In this document: positions 1 to 8,818 of the stretch, one piece after another | How positions within the stretch are numbered: the first letter of the stretch is position 1 | Layout of the letters: each line of letters opens with the position of its first letter | Assembly (NCBI GenBank): GCA_039588295.1 | Contig: JBDHAB010000004.1 | Span: 128,001 to 192,000 of the forward strand | Direction: 5' to 3' | DNA from: Gemmatimonadota bacterium | Lineage (GTDB): Bacteria > Gemmatimonadota > Gemmatimonadetes > Gemmatimonadales > GWC2-71-9 | DNA: 64,000 nt | Notes under the pieces: generated by a model | Databases searched by the model: none | Told to the model about the DNA's origin: nothing | Seen by the model: the letters and a program-made list of their open reading frames with translations, nothing else | Program-made: the position numbers and the translations under genes

Positions 1-344
1 CGCACGACCGGCACACGTCGGCGGGGCTCCCGTGTGCCGCGTGCCACCGGCCCCCCGCAATGAGTGCGAGAGAGCTGGACTGTTCGACCTGCCACGGCCT
101 GCACCATCAGCCCGAGGCGAATTGTCTCTCGTGCCACCGTGAGGGCGCCAAGGGGAGACACGACATCGCGTTTGCCCATCTCCAGTGCAGCCAGTGTCAT
201 GGCGACAAGGCGGCCGGCCTCACCAAGTGGAGTCGGCAGATCTGCACGGTGTGCCACGTCGACCGCGTGGAGCACAACGCGCCAGTCGCCTGTGAGCTGT
301 GCCACGAAATCGCGCCCATCGGGTCCGGGGGGTCCGACGGGTAG
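1..344 (+). CDS. Multiheme c-type cytochrome, C-terminal part (5' end outside the window)
   Basis: Frame is open from position 3. Six CxxCH motifs (CAACH, CSTCH, CLSCH, CSQCH, CTVCH, CELCH) in about 113 codons. Confidence 0.9.
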   Translation, partial: HDRHTSAGLPCAACHRPPAMSARELDCSTCHGLHHQPEANCLSCHREGAKGRHDIAFAHLQCSQCHGDKAAGLTKWSRQICTVCHVDRVEHNAPVACELCHEIAPIGSGGSDG

Positions 345-442
345 CCGCTCGCGCTCCTTGGCCGCCTTCGGCTCTGAGGCAGCGTTGAATTCGTCTCCAC
401 CAGTTCGCCTCCAAACATGGACTATCGCAACGCGGAGCCAAG

Positions 443-571
443 CTGGTTGTAGATATTCTCCACAACCAGTGTCGAAAAACACTACACCTCTGCGATAGTC
501 CCCGTCTTTCCTGGTCGTTGAAGTCGCTCTGCAGCACGACCTTCGTCTCCTTGGTGTAGAGATTCTCTACA
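443..571. promoter_or_regulatory. Three TGT-N11-ACA dyads, putative upstream activator sites for a sigma54 enhancer-binding protein
   Basis: TGTAGATATTCTCCACA (448-464, inside the inverted repeat CTGGTTGT/ACAACCAG), TGTCGAAAAACACTACA (470-486) and the perfect dyad TGTAGAGA-T-TCTCTACA (555-571). They lie 90-215 bp upstream of a -24/-12 motif. Confidence 0.65.
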
Positions 572-659
572 ATCCGTCCGTTGCCTCAGTCCCCGACGAC
601 TACCACGTAACTCGTTACTTGGCAATTAGTTAGTCGACGGATCCCGCCCCAAGAGCGCG

Positions 660-674
660 CGGCATTTGGCTTGC
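660..674 (+). promoter_or_regulatory. Putative sigma54 (-24/-12) promoter
   Basis: CGGCATTTGGCTTGC is GG-N10-GC ending in TTGC, about 80 bp before the ATG at 757. The operon encodes a GAFTGA activator, and an AT-rich IHF-like tract lies at about 608-633. Confidence 0.65.
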
Positions 675-756
675 CTTGTGTTGGGGGTGGGCGTGGCGGG
701 GTCAGCGACCTCTTCCGGGCGCCACCCGGTCACGACACAGACGCAAGGAGCGACCG

Positions 757-1428
757 ATGGCAGTGCTACTTGGCATTCTCACGATCGCGGCGCTGATCGG
801 CATCGACGTGCTCTTCCTGCGCGCTCGGCGAGCGCGCCGCGCCGAGGCAGTGGCGCCGCCGCGGCTTCCCCCGCTGTCAGAGTCCATCACCCGTCTGCCG
901 CAGGGGGTTTTTCTGCACCCTACGTTCACGTGGAGCCGCGTCAGGGAGGACGGAGACGTCGTGCTTGGCATCCACCCGCTCCTGTTCGGACTCGTGGGTG
1001 CACCGTACCAGATCGACGTGCTGTCCGAGGGGCAGGAGGTGGAGCGCGGCGGCGAGTTGGTGAAGCTCGGCCGCAGCGGACGCCGCCTCACGGTCCGCTC
1101 GCCGGTTTCCGGTCGGATTTCGGCGGTCAACGATGTGTTGACGGGCGAAGCCGAGTGGGACGGAGTGGAGGCGGACGACGGCAGGTGGGTCTACCGCATC
1201 ACGCCGCAGGGTCTCGGGGAGGAGGTCCCCTCGTGGTTCGTTGCCGAGCGCGCGAGTGAATGGAGCCGGCGGCAGTACGAACGGTTCAAGGAATACCTGT
1301 TCGGGGTGCTGCACGCGGGAGAGCTCGGGCTCACCATGACCGACGGTGGTGATGTGCCGAACGGGATTCTCGGGCGCCTCGCGGGCTCTGCGTGGGACGG
1401 GATTCAGCAGGAGTTCCTGGATCCATAG
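757..1428 (+). CDS. Membrane-anchored glycine-cleavage-H-like protein lacking the lipoyl lysine (paralog 1)
   Basis: AAGGAG RBS then ATG 757; N-terminal TM helix; H-protein pattern HPTFTW...VVLGI...SPVSGRISAVN; C-terminal GLTMTDGG motif. Confidence 0.8.
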   Translation: MAVLLGILTIAALIGIDVLFLRARRARRAEAVAPPRLPPLSESITRLPQGVFLHPTFTWSRVREDGDVVLGIHPLLFGLVGAPYQIDVLSEGQEVERGGELVKLGRSGRRLTVRSPVSGRISAVNDVLTGEAEWDGVEADDGRWVYRITPQGLGEEVPSWFVAERASEWSRRQYERFKEYLFGVLHAGELGLTMTDGGDVPNGILGRLAGSAWDGIQQEFLDP

Positions 1429-1517
1429 GCAGCATGATGGGTGGCATGTGGCGACGCCTGCGGCTCGAAGTTCGGGCCGTTGAGGGGAACGAGTGTGGAT
1501 GAGGGGACGGAGCGACG

Positions 1518-2384
1518 ATGAATCGAAGAGATTTGCTCAAGACGCTTGGGGCGGCTGGTGGCGCGGCGCTCGCCGGTCGGCCTGCGGCTGCGCAGGAAGC
1601 GGTGCCCTACGCCGGAGACACGGTCGGGGTACTGGTCGACACGACCAAGTGCATGGGGTGTCGCATGTGCGAGGTCGCCTGTGCTCAGGCCAACGGGCTG
1701 CCGGAGCCGGAGACCGACGTCGATCTCTCGACGCTCCGGTCCACGTCGCCGACGCAGTGGTCGGTGGTCAACCGGATGGAAACGGAGCGGGGCCCGGTCA
1801 ACGTCAAGCGGCAGTGTATGCACTGTCTGCAGCCGGCGTGTGCGTCGGCGTGTCTCACCAATGCGATGCACCGCACGGGCGAGGGTGCCGTCATATGGCG
1901 AGCGGGCAAATGCATGGGGTGCCGGTTCTGCATGGTCTCGTGTCCCTTCGACGTGCCGAAGTTCGAGTACGACAGCGCCAATCCCAAGATCCAGAAGTGC
2001 GTGCTGTGCTGGGATCGGCTCGAGGACGGGAAGCAGCCGGCCTGCGTCGAGAACTGCCCGTTTGGCTGTCTCGAGTTCGGGCGGCGTTCCGAATTGTTGG
2101 ACATTGCGCGGGCGAGGATCTACTCCGAGCCCGACAAGTACGTGCACCACATCTACGGCGAACACGAGGCTGGCGGGGCGGCATTTCTCTATCTCTCGTC
2201 CGTCCCGTTTGAGCAGTTGGGGCTCCGCACCGATATCGGGACGACGGCGTATCCCGTGTATACCAAGGAGTTTCTGTACGCCGTGCCGCTCGTGCTCACC
2301 TTGGTGCCGCCGCTTCTGCTGGCCGTGAGTAAGGCACGTCGCGGCGACGCGGAGGAGCCGGAAGAGGGGGGTGGGGAGTCATGA
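1518..2384 (+). CDS. Tat-exported 4Fe-4S dicluster protein (HybA/HmcB/NrfC-like)
   Basis: NRRDLLK twin-arginine signal; four Fe-S Cys groups (CMGCRMCEVAC, CMHCLQPACASAC, CMGCRFCMVSCP, KCVLC...ACVENCP); C-terminal TM anchor. Confidence 0.92.
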   Translation: MNRRDLLKTLGAAGGAALAGRPAAAQEAVPYAGDTVGVLVDTTKCMGCRMCEVACAQANGLPEPETDVDLSTLRSTSPTQWSVVNRMETERGPVNVKRQCMHCLQPACASACLTNAMHRTGEGAVIWRAGKCMGCRFCMVSCPFDVPKFEYDSANPKIQKCVLCWDRLEDGKQPACVENCPFGCLEFGRRSELLDIARARIYSEPDKYVHHIYGEHEAGGAAFLYLSSVPFEQLGLRTDIGTTAYPVYTKEFLYAVPLVLTLVPPLLLAVSKARRGDAEEPEEGGGES

Positions 2385-3649
2385 CCACGATACCGATTGC
2401 GGGACACCAAGCGGGACTTCGGTCCGAGGTTGGACGGTTTGTCCGGTTCCTGCTCCAGGAGCTCAAGCCGAAGGGCAAGATCCTCACCCCGTTCAATGTC
2501 ATCACCGGGATTATCGTCGCGGTGGCTGCGGTGTTGCTGGCGATCCGCTTCACTCGTGGACTGGGAGCGATCACCAATCTGTCGCAGGACTATCCGTGGG
2601 GACTGTGGATCGGCTTTGACGTGATCACAGGAGTCGCCTTTGCTGGCGGCGCCTACGTCATCACGTTCATGGTCTACATCCTCGGCATGGAGAAGTACCA
2701 TCCGATTGTCCGGGTGACCGTGCTGAACGGGTTCTTGGCGTACGTGTTCTACGCGGGAGCCCTGCTGTTGGACCTCGGCCGACCCTGGAACGTCATCAAC
2801 CCCGTCATTGGCAACTCGTTCGGGGTGAGCTCCGTGCTGTTCCTCGTCGCGTGGCACTTCATGCTGTACATGATGGCGGAGCTGGTGGAGTTCTCGCCGG
2901 CCGTAGCCGAATGGCTGGGCTGGCGCCGGGTCCGCAAGGTGCTGATGGGGATGACGCTGGGTGCCGTGATCTTCGGCATTACGCTGTCCTCCCTGCACCA
3001 GTCAGGGCTGGGTGCGCTCTACCTCATGGCGCGCGACAAGATCCATCCGCTCTGGTACTCGGAGTTCATCCCGATCCTGTTCCTGGTGTCCAGCATTTTC
3101 GCCGGACTCTCGATGGTGATCTTCGAGGGAAGTATCACGCACCGTGTGTTCCGGCATCGGGTCGGTGCGACGCTCGAAGCCTCGCACGGCGGGATTCAGT
3201 TGGGGCTCGCCCGCATCTGCGCGGGGGCGATGTTCGTCTACCTGGTCCTCCAGCTCTTGGTGTTCGTGCATGGACAGCGCTGGGAGCATTCGGCGACGGG
3301 GTGGGGCGCGTGGTATCTGCTCGAGCTAGTCGGCTTCGTGGCGATTCCAGCGTTCATGTTCGCCGAGAGCCATCGGAGCGGCTCGGTGCGGCTGCTGCGG
3401 TACGCGGCCGTCCTCACCTTGGTGGGTATCGTGCTCAATCGGCTCAACATTTCTGTGATTGGGTTCAAGTGGTATGCGGCAGTGCGGTACGTTCCCTCCT
3501 GGCAGGAGATCTGGGTGACCCTGGCGGTGATCTCCGCAGAGATCTGGGTGTTCCGGTGGGTGGTGAATCGCATGCCGGTGCTCGATTTCGCAATGGGGCA
3601 CGGCACAAGATCAGAGCCCGAACACGACTCGGTCCGATCGGTAGCGTGA
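2381..3649 (+). CDS. NrfD/PsrC-family integral membrane quinone-interacting subunit (HybB/HmcC-like)
   Basis: PWGLWIGFD, DLGRPW, LHQSGLG and HPLW motifs; about 10 TM segments; ATGA overlap with the upstream gene. Confidence 0.92.
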   Translation: MTTIPIAGHQAGLRSEVGRFVRFLLQELKPKGKILTPFNVITGIIVAVAAVLLAIRFTRGLGAITNLSQDYPWGLWIGFDVITGVAFAGGAYVITFMVYILGMEKYHPIVRVTVLNGFLAYVFYAGALLLDLGRPWNVINPVIGNSFGVSSVLFLVAWHFMLYMMAELVEFSPAVAEWLGWRRVRKVLMGMTLGAVIFGITLSSLHQSGLGALYLMARDKIHPLWYSEFIPILFLVSSIFAGLSMVIFEGSITHRVFRHRVGATLEASHGGIQLGLARICAGAMFVYLVLQLLVFVHGQRWEHSATGWGAWYLLELVGFVAIPAFMFAESHRSGSVRLLRYAAVLTLVGIVLNRLNISVIGFKWYAAVRYVPSWQEIWVTLAVISAEIWVFRWVVNRMPVLDFAMGHGTRSEPEHDSVRSVA

Positions 3650-3661
3650 GAGGAGCGCGCG

Positions 3662-4357
3662 ATGCAAGGCGCAACAGGTGACATCTTCGCGACGAAGGGT
3701 CTCGAGTACCTCATCGTCATCGGGTATTTGCTCCTGCTCATGGGCGTGTGGCGCCTTCTGAGTCCGCCCAAGCTCGCGAGAGTGCGTGGGATGAAGCCGC
3801 AACCAAAGGCGGTTGCTCCACCCCAATGGTTCGCACTCCCGAGCGGCGTGTTCTATCACCAAGGGCATGGATGGGCTGCGCCGACCGATGGCGACACCGT
3901 TCGCGTCGGGATGGACGACTTCGCGCAGCGCTTGGTGGGGAAGCCGGACGCGATTGTCTTGCCCCACGTCGGCGAGCGGCTCGAGCAAGGCGTCGAGGGG
4001 TGGGCGCTCCAGTTCGGCACCGAGAGGATCCCAATGGTGTCGCCGGTGAGCGGGGAAGTCGTGTCGGTGAACCCCGCGCTGGCGCAGTCGGTGGACGCGG
4101 TGAACGCTGATCCGTACGGGCGCGGCTGGTTGTGTGAGGTCAGCGTGTCGAGCCCACGAGCAGCCTTCAAGAACTTGTTGAGTGGCGAGCTCGCGCGCTC
4201 CTGGATGCGCCAGGTCGTCGAACGGCTGCGCCAGATGCCCACGGCGTCCTTGGGTGTCGTCATGCCGGACGGCGGCGTGCCCGTGTCCGGATTTGCACGG
4301 GTCATCGCGCCGGACGATTGGACGAACATGGCTCGGGACCTGCTGCTCAGCAGCTGA
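3662..4357 (+). CDS. Membrane-anchored GcvH-like protein lacking the lipoyl lysine (paralog 2)
   Basis: N-terminal TM; HQGHGW...VRVGMDDFAQ...SPVSGEVVSVN...NADPYGRGWL; C-terminal GVVMPDGG. Confidence 0.85.
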   Translation: MQGATGDIFATKGLEYLIVIGYLLLLMGVWRLLSPPKLARVRGMKPQPKAVAPPQWFALPSGVFYHQGHGWAAPTDGDTVRVGMDDFAQRLVGKPDAIVLPHVGERLEQGVEGWALQFGTERIPMVSPVSGEVVSVNPALAQSVDAVNADPYGRGWLCEVSVSSPRAAFKNLLSGELARSWMRQVVERLRQMPTASLGVVMPDGGVPVSGFARVIAPDDWTNMARDLLLSS

Positions 4358-4400
4358 CCGGGACGCGACGGGAACCGCGGTCGCGAGAAGGGAGGCCACA

Positions 4401-5189
4401 GTGTACGGCTCGGAAGAGCTTCCCTGTATCTGGGTGCTGGCCGGCGTGTTGAGCTACCGCGCGTGCGACCGGAACTACGATTGCGAGCACTGCGAGTTGT
4501 ACCACGCGCTCCGGGGGAGGACGGTTCCGGACGCTGAGCGGATGGTGCTCGGGGCCCGAGCCAAGCGAGCGGGGGAAGACACGACGGGGGTCGCGGACGA
4601 CGTGGTCAACGCGTATGTCTGCTACCTGACGGCTGGGTGCACGCTCCACTTCGACCGGCCGTACAGCCCCGGCCATTTTTGGCTCGAGGGCACCAACGGT
4701 CTGGTTACCGTCGGCCTCGATGATCACGTGCTCCGTGTGTTGTACCCCGTGGAGGAAACCGTTCCCCCCAAGGTCGGCATGTGTCTCAAGCGCGGGGAGC
4801 CGTGTGGCTGGGTCGTGCGTCGTCGCTCGACGATTCCGCTCACCATGCCGGTCTCCGGCGAAGTACAGGAGGTCAACGGCCGCTTCGTGACTACGGTGCG
4901 GGACACCCACCGCGGCGGGAACGACGAGCCGTGGTTCTTCCGAGTGGAGCTGCACGAAGACATCGACGCGGTGCCCGGTCTCTATCGCGGTGAACAGGCA
5001 CTGCAGTGGTACCTGCACAAGATCCAGGTGCTCAAGCGGCACCTACGTGATGCGGTCGCGCCCGAAGAGCAGTGCCATCTTGGCGCGATGATGGCGGACG
5101 GCGGGACACCCAGCCTCGATCTCGAGGCCATCCTCGGTTCCGAAGGCTTCGAGGCTCTGGTCGACGAGATCTTCCGAGTGCACATTTAG
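4401..5189 (+). CDS. GcvH-like protein with an N-terminal Cys-rich metal-binding domain (paralog 3)
   Basis: GGAGG RBS then GTG 4401; PCIW...CDRNYDCEHC; H-protein segment GHFW...VGLDD...MPVSGEVQEVN; C-terminal GAMMADGG. Confidence 0.8.
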   Translation: MYGSEELPCIWVLAGVLSYRACDRNYDCEHCELYHALRGRTVPDAERMVLGARAKRAGEDTTGVADDVVNAYVCYLTAGCTLHFDRPYSPGHFWLEGTNGLVTVGLDDHVLRVLYPVEETVPPKVGMCLKRGEPCGWVVRRRSTIPLTMPVSGEVQEVNGRFVTTVRDTHRGGNDEPWFFRVELHEDIDAVPGLYRGEQALQWYLHKIQVLKRHLRDAVAPEEQCHLGAMMADGGTPSLDLEAILGSEGFEALVDEIFRVHI

Positions 5190-5286
5190 AGGAGGAGACG
5201 GGCGCCGAGTGGGTGTCTGCGGCGGCCGCTGCCAGAGGTGGGTGCCAGCTGGCTGGCGGGCTGGGTGGGTGTACGAAGGGCGGACC

Positions 5287-6954
5287 ATGGCCAATCGATC
5301 CGGGATCAGATCCGTCACGTCGACGTTGAGCTTCAAGCTCTTCATCGTGCTCTTCGTCTCGGTGCTTCTCATCTTCTCCGTACACGCCGCGATAGGGAAC
5401 CGTTTTCAGCGGGGCAACCTGGAGACACTCGTCAAAACCGAGGCCTACCGCACCAGCGACCTCATCCGCCAGAGCCTCTTCAGCAGCATGCTCGCCAATG
5501 AGCGCGAGCGCACGTACGACATGATCGTGCAAATGGCGAACGAGCCGGGCGTCGAGCGGATTCGCATCTTCAACAAGCGCGGCGAGATCAAGTTCTCGAG
5601 TGACGAAGGCGAGATCGGTCGCAGTGTCGACCTTCAGGCGGAGGCTTGCTACGTTTGTCATTCCTCATCGGATCCTCTCACAGCGGTCCCGAGCCCGGAA
5701 CGAGCACGGGTCTTTCGACTCGCGAGGTCGGATCACCGGGTGCTCGGCATGATCAACCCGATCGGCAACGAGGAATCGTGCTGGAATGCGGCGTGCCACG
5801 CGCATAATGCCGATCAGTCGGTGCTCGGCGTCTTGGACGTGCAGATGTCCATGCAAACGGCGGACGAAGCACTCGCCGCCGGCCGGCGTCACACGGTAGA
5901 AGTGGCGGTGATCATCATTCTCCTCTCGAGCCTCCTCATGGCGGCGATCGTGTACCGGGCGGTCCACGTGCCCACAAAGAAACTGCGCTCCGGAACTGAA
6001 GCGCTGACGGCAGGGAATCTCGACGTCGAGATCGACCTCAAGCGCTCGGATGAGCTCGGAGCGTTGGCAGCGTCGTTCAACAAGATGGCGCGGAGTCTCA
6101 AGGCGGCCGACCAGGAGTTGCGCGAGTGGTCACAGACGCTCGAGGACCGAGTGCAGGAAAAGACGGAGGCACTCGACGAAATCAACAAGCAAATGATCCA
6201 GGTCGAGCGCACCGCCTCGTTGGGGCGGATGGCGGCAACGGTGGCGCACGAGCTCAACAATCCGTTGTCGGGCATCGTGACCTATGCCAAGCTCGTTGCG
6301 AAGAAGGTCGAACATCGTATGCCTGAGGGGCGCGATCGAGAGAAGATCCTGGAGCACCTGGATCTCGTGCGTTCGGAGTCGCTCCGGTGCGGCAATATCG
6401 TGCGGGATCTCTTGACGTATGCGCGGGGCAGGCAGGCCCAGTTCGAGCCGGCACGATTCAATGACATCGTGGAACGTGCGCTCAAGCTCGTAGCGCATCA
6501 CATCCAGTTGGGTCAAGCGCGGCCTACCGCCCGACTCGAATCGCGGTGTGACGCGCTGATCTGCGATCCCGAGCAGCTGTTGCAGGCACTGGTGGCACTC
6601 TTGGTGAATGCGGTGGAGGCGATGCCGGAGGGAGGGGAGCTCACCGTCCGCACGTGGGATGGAGAGGCCGACGGGGAGGAACGGCTGTTCGTGAGCGTAC
6701 GCGACAAGGGAGTCGGAATCCCTCGCGACGTGCAGCCCCACATCTTCGACCCGTTCTTCTCGACGAAGAGCGACGCCAAAGGGGTGGGACTAGGGCTCGC
6801 CGTCGTGTACGGTATTGTTCAACGGCATGAAGGCAGCATCTCGGTCGACTCGAAACCGGGAGAGGGCACCACATTCGTCGTGACGCTTCCCCGCCATCTC
6901 GTGCCCGGGGTACATGAGGCGGTCGCCGCCCAGGAAGGCACAGTGGGTTCATGA
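5287..6954 (+). CDS. Sensor histidine kinase with periplasmic heme-c motif(s), HAMP, HisKA and HATPase domains
   Basis: Two TM helices flank a domain containing CYVCH and CWNAACH; HAMP DELGALA; H-box AHELNNPL; DPFFSTK and GVGLGL. Confidence 0.92.
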   Translation: MANRSGIRSVTSTLSFKLFIVLFVSVLLIFSVHAAIGNRFQRGNLETLVKTEAYRTSDLIRQSLFSSMLANERERTYDMIVQMANEPGVERIRIFNKRGEIKFSSDEGEIGRSVDLQAEACYVCHSSSDPLTAVPSPERARVFRLARSDHRVLGMINPIGNEESCWNAACHAHNADQSVLGVLDVQMSMQTADEALAAGRRHTVEVAVIIILLSSLLMAAIVYRAVHVPTKKLRSGTEALTAGNLDVEIDLKRSDELGALAASFNKMARSLKAADQELREWSQTLEDRVQEKTEALDEINKQMIQVERTASLGRMAATVAHELNNPLSGIVTYAKLVAKKVEHRMPEGRDREKILEHLDLVRSESLRCGNIVRDLLTYARGRQAQFEPARFNDIVERALKLVAHHIQLGQARPTARLESRCDALICDPEQLLQALVALLVNAVEAMPEGGELTVRTWDGEADGEERLFVSVRDKGVGIPRDVQPHIFDPFFSTKSDAKGVGLGLAVVYGIVQRHEGSISVDSKPGEGTTFVVTLPRHLVPGVHEAVAAQEGTVGS

Positions 6955-8288
6955 GCAAGCGAAAGATCTTGATCGTTGACGATGAGATGTCGGTGCGGCA
7001 ATCGCTCGGCGAGTGGTTTCTCGAGGACGGCTTCGAGGTCGAGACGGCCGAAGACGGCAACCTCGCGCTCCAGAAGATGGAGCACGGTCCGTACGATATT
7101 GTGCTGGTAGACCTCAAGATGCCGGGCATGGACGGTATCGCGCTCCAGAAGCGCATCCGTGAGATCGACAGCCGTGCCACGGTCATCATTCTCACGGCAT
7201 ACGCATCCGTCGACACCGCGGTCGAAGCCTTGAAGCTCGGTGCGTTCGACTACGTGACCAAGCCCGTCGACCCCGATGACCTCTCCAACCTCGTGCGCAA
7301 CGCGCTGCGTCAGCAAGAACTCTCAGAAGAAAACGTCCGGCTCAAGGAGAAAGTCTCTGCGCTGAGTCAGGCGTCTCCCATTGTGGGCAAAAGCAAGAAG
7401 ATGCAGCACGTGCTGGAAATGATTAGCACCGTGGCCGAGACCGATTCGACGGTCGTGATCCGCGGAGAGAGCGGCACGGGAAAGGAGCTGATTGCCCGAG
7501 CCATCCACGCCCAGAGCAAGCGCCGGTTCTTCCCGATCGTGGCCGTGAATGCCGGATCGATCCCGGAAACGCTGTTGGAAAGTGAGCTGTTCGGACACGA
7601 GAAAGGCGCGTTCACGGGTGCGCAGTACCGCCGGAAAGGCAAGATCGAGTTGGCGCACGGCGGCACCCTCTTCCTGGATGAGATCGGCGACGTGACTGCC
7701 AAAATGCAGATCGATCTCCTGCGGGTCCTCGAGTCGAAACGGTTTACTCGGCTGGGAGGCAATCAGGAGATCACATCTGATTTTCGTTTAGTGTGCGCGA
7801 CGAACAAAGACCTCGAGGGGATGGTGGCGGATGGCCGATTCCGGGAAGATCTGTATTACCGGATCAACGTGTTTAGCATGCAGGTGCCGCCGTTGCGGGA
7901 GCGCCCCGAAGACGTCCTGCCGCTCGCCATGTTCTTTCTCGAGAAGTACGCGCGCGCCATGGGGAGACCGGTGCCGGCGCTGACATCGGTGGCCGAAGAA
8001 GTGCTGTGCCGCTATCGGTGGCCCGGCAACGTGCGCGAGCTGGAGAACGCCATCGAGCGGGCCATGGTGATCGGCAAGGGACCGACCATCGAGTCGGACG
8101 ACTTGCCCTTCCGGGAAGACCAGCCCGATCCGGCGAGATCGGCCCGTTCGCTCGCTGCGCTGGAGCGGGTACACATCGAGCGTGTGTTGCGGGAGACCGA
8201 TGGCAACGTGACGCAGGCGGCCCGAGTGCTCGGCATCGATCGCGCAACGCTCTACAACAAGATCAAGAGGTACGGCATCAGGCGGTAA
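6951..8288 (+). CDS. Sigma54-dependent response regulator (NtrC family)
   Basis: Receiver domain (LIVDDE, DLKMPG), Walker A GESGTGKE, GAFTGA, FLDEIG, WPGNVREL and a Fis-type HTH. Confidence 0.96.
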   Translation: MSKRKILIVDDEMSVRQSLGEWFLEDGFEVETAEDGNLALQKMEHGPYDIVLVDLKMPGMDGIALQKRIREIDSRATVIILTAYASVDTAVEALKLGAFDYVTKPVDPDDLSNLVRNALRQQELSEENVRLKEKVSALSQASPIVGKSKKMQHVLEMISTVAETDSTVVIRGESGTGKELIARAIHAQSKRRFFPIVAVNAGSIPETLLESELFGHEKGAFTGAQYRRKGKIELAHGGTLFLDEIGDVTAKMQIDLLRVLESKRFTRLGGNQEITSDFRLVCATNKDLEGMVADGRFREDLYYRINVFSMQVPPLRERPEDVLPLAMFFLEKYARAMGRPVPALTSVAEEVLCRYRWPGNVRELENAIERAMVIGKGPTIESDDLPFREDQPDPARSARSLAALERVHIERVLRETDGNVTQAARVLGIDRATLYNKIKRYGIRR

Positions 8289-8290
8289 TC

Positions 8291-8818
8291 GTGCCGGCCT
8301 CTATCCGCCTCGCGTACCTCAAGCATTACCCGTCGGTCTGGGCGGCAGCGCTGGAAGGCGGCGTGGCCGACGTGTTCCCGGCGGAAGTCCGAGGCGCTCC
8401 GCTGAATCTTGACTTGCGGCCAGCCTACGCACCCGATCGGCGGCAGTACCACGCGACGCTGATCCTGGCGAGCCTGCTCCGTCACCGTCCCGATGAGGAC
8501 GCCAAGATCCTGGGGGTCACGCCTGTGGATCTCTACATCCCCGTCCTGACCTTCGTCTTTGGGCAGTCACAGCTAGATGGTCCGGGTGCGGTCATCAGCA
8601 CGCATCGGCTCAGCAACGAGTTCTACGGACTGCCGCCTGACGATGGACTCCTGCTCGAGCGGGCCATCAAGGAAGCGATCCACGAGCTGGGGCACGCGTT
8701 TGGACTCGTGCACTGCCCGCGTGGCGCCTGTGTGATGCACGCATCGAGCTACGTGGAGGACGTGGACCTCAAGGATCCCGACTTCTGCGCCGACTGCCGA
8801 AGGGGATTGCTCGACTAG
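8291..8818 (+). CDS. Archaemetzincin-family Zn metalloprotease
   Basis: HELGHAFGLVH zinc motif followed by CPRGACVM and FCADC; GTG start 2 nt after the regulator stop. Confidence 0.88.
   Translation: MPASIRLAYLKHYPSVWAAALEGGVADVFPAEVRGAPLNLDLRPAYAPDRRQYHATLILASLLRHRPDEDAKILGVTPVDLYIPVLTFVFGQSQLDGPGAVISTHRLSNEFYGLPPDDGLLLERAIKEAIHELGHAFGLVHCPRGACVMHASSYVEDVDLKDPDFCADCRRGLLD

Noticed and set aside
1518..3649. Calling this a hydrogenase-2 operon or alternative complex III
   Set aside because: No NiFe subunits and no ActB/ActD/ActE/ActF equivalents are adjacent; only the Fe-S and NrfD pair is present.
757..5189. Calling the three H-fold genes gcvH (glycine cleavage) or lbpA
   Set aside because: No lipoyl lysine, extra membrane or Cys domains, and no gcvP/gcvT or sHdr genes in the window.
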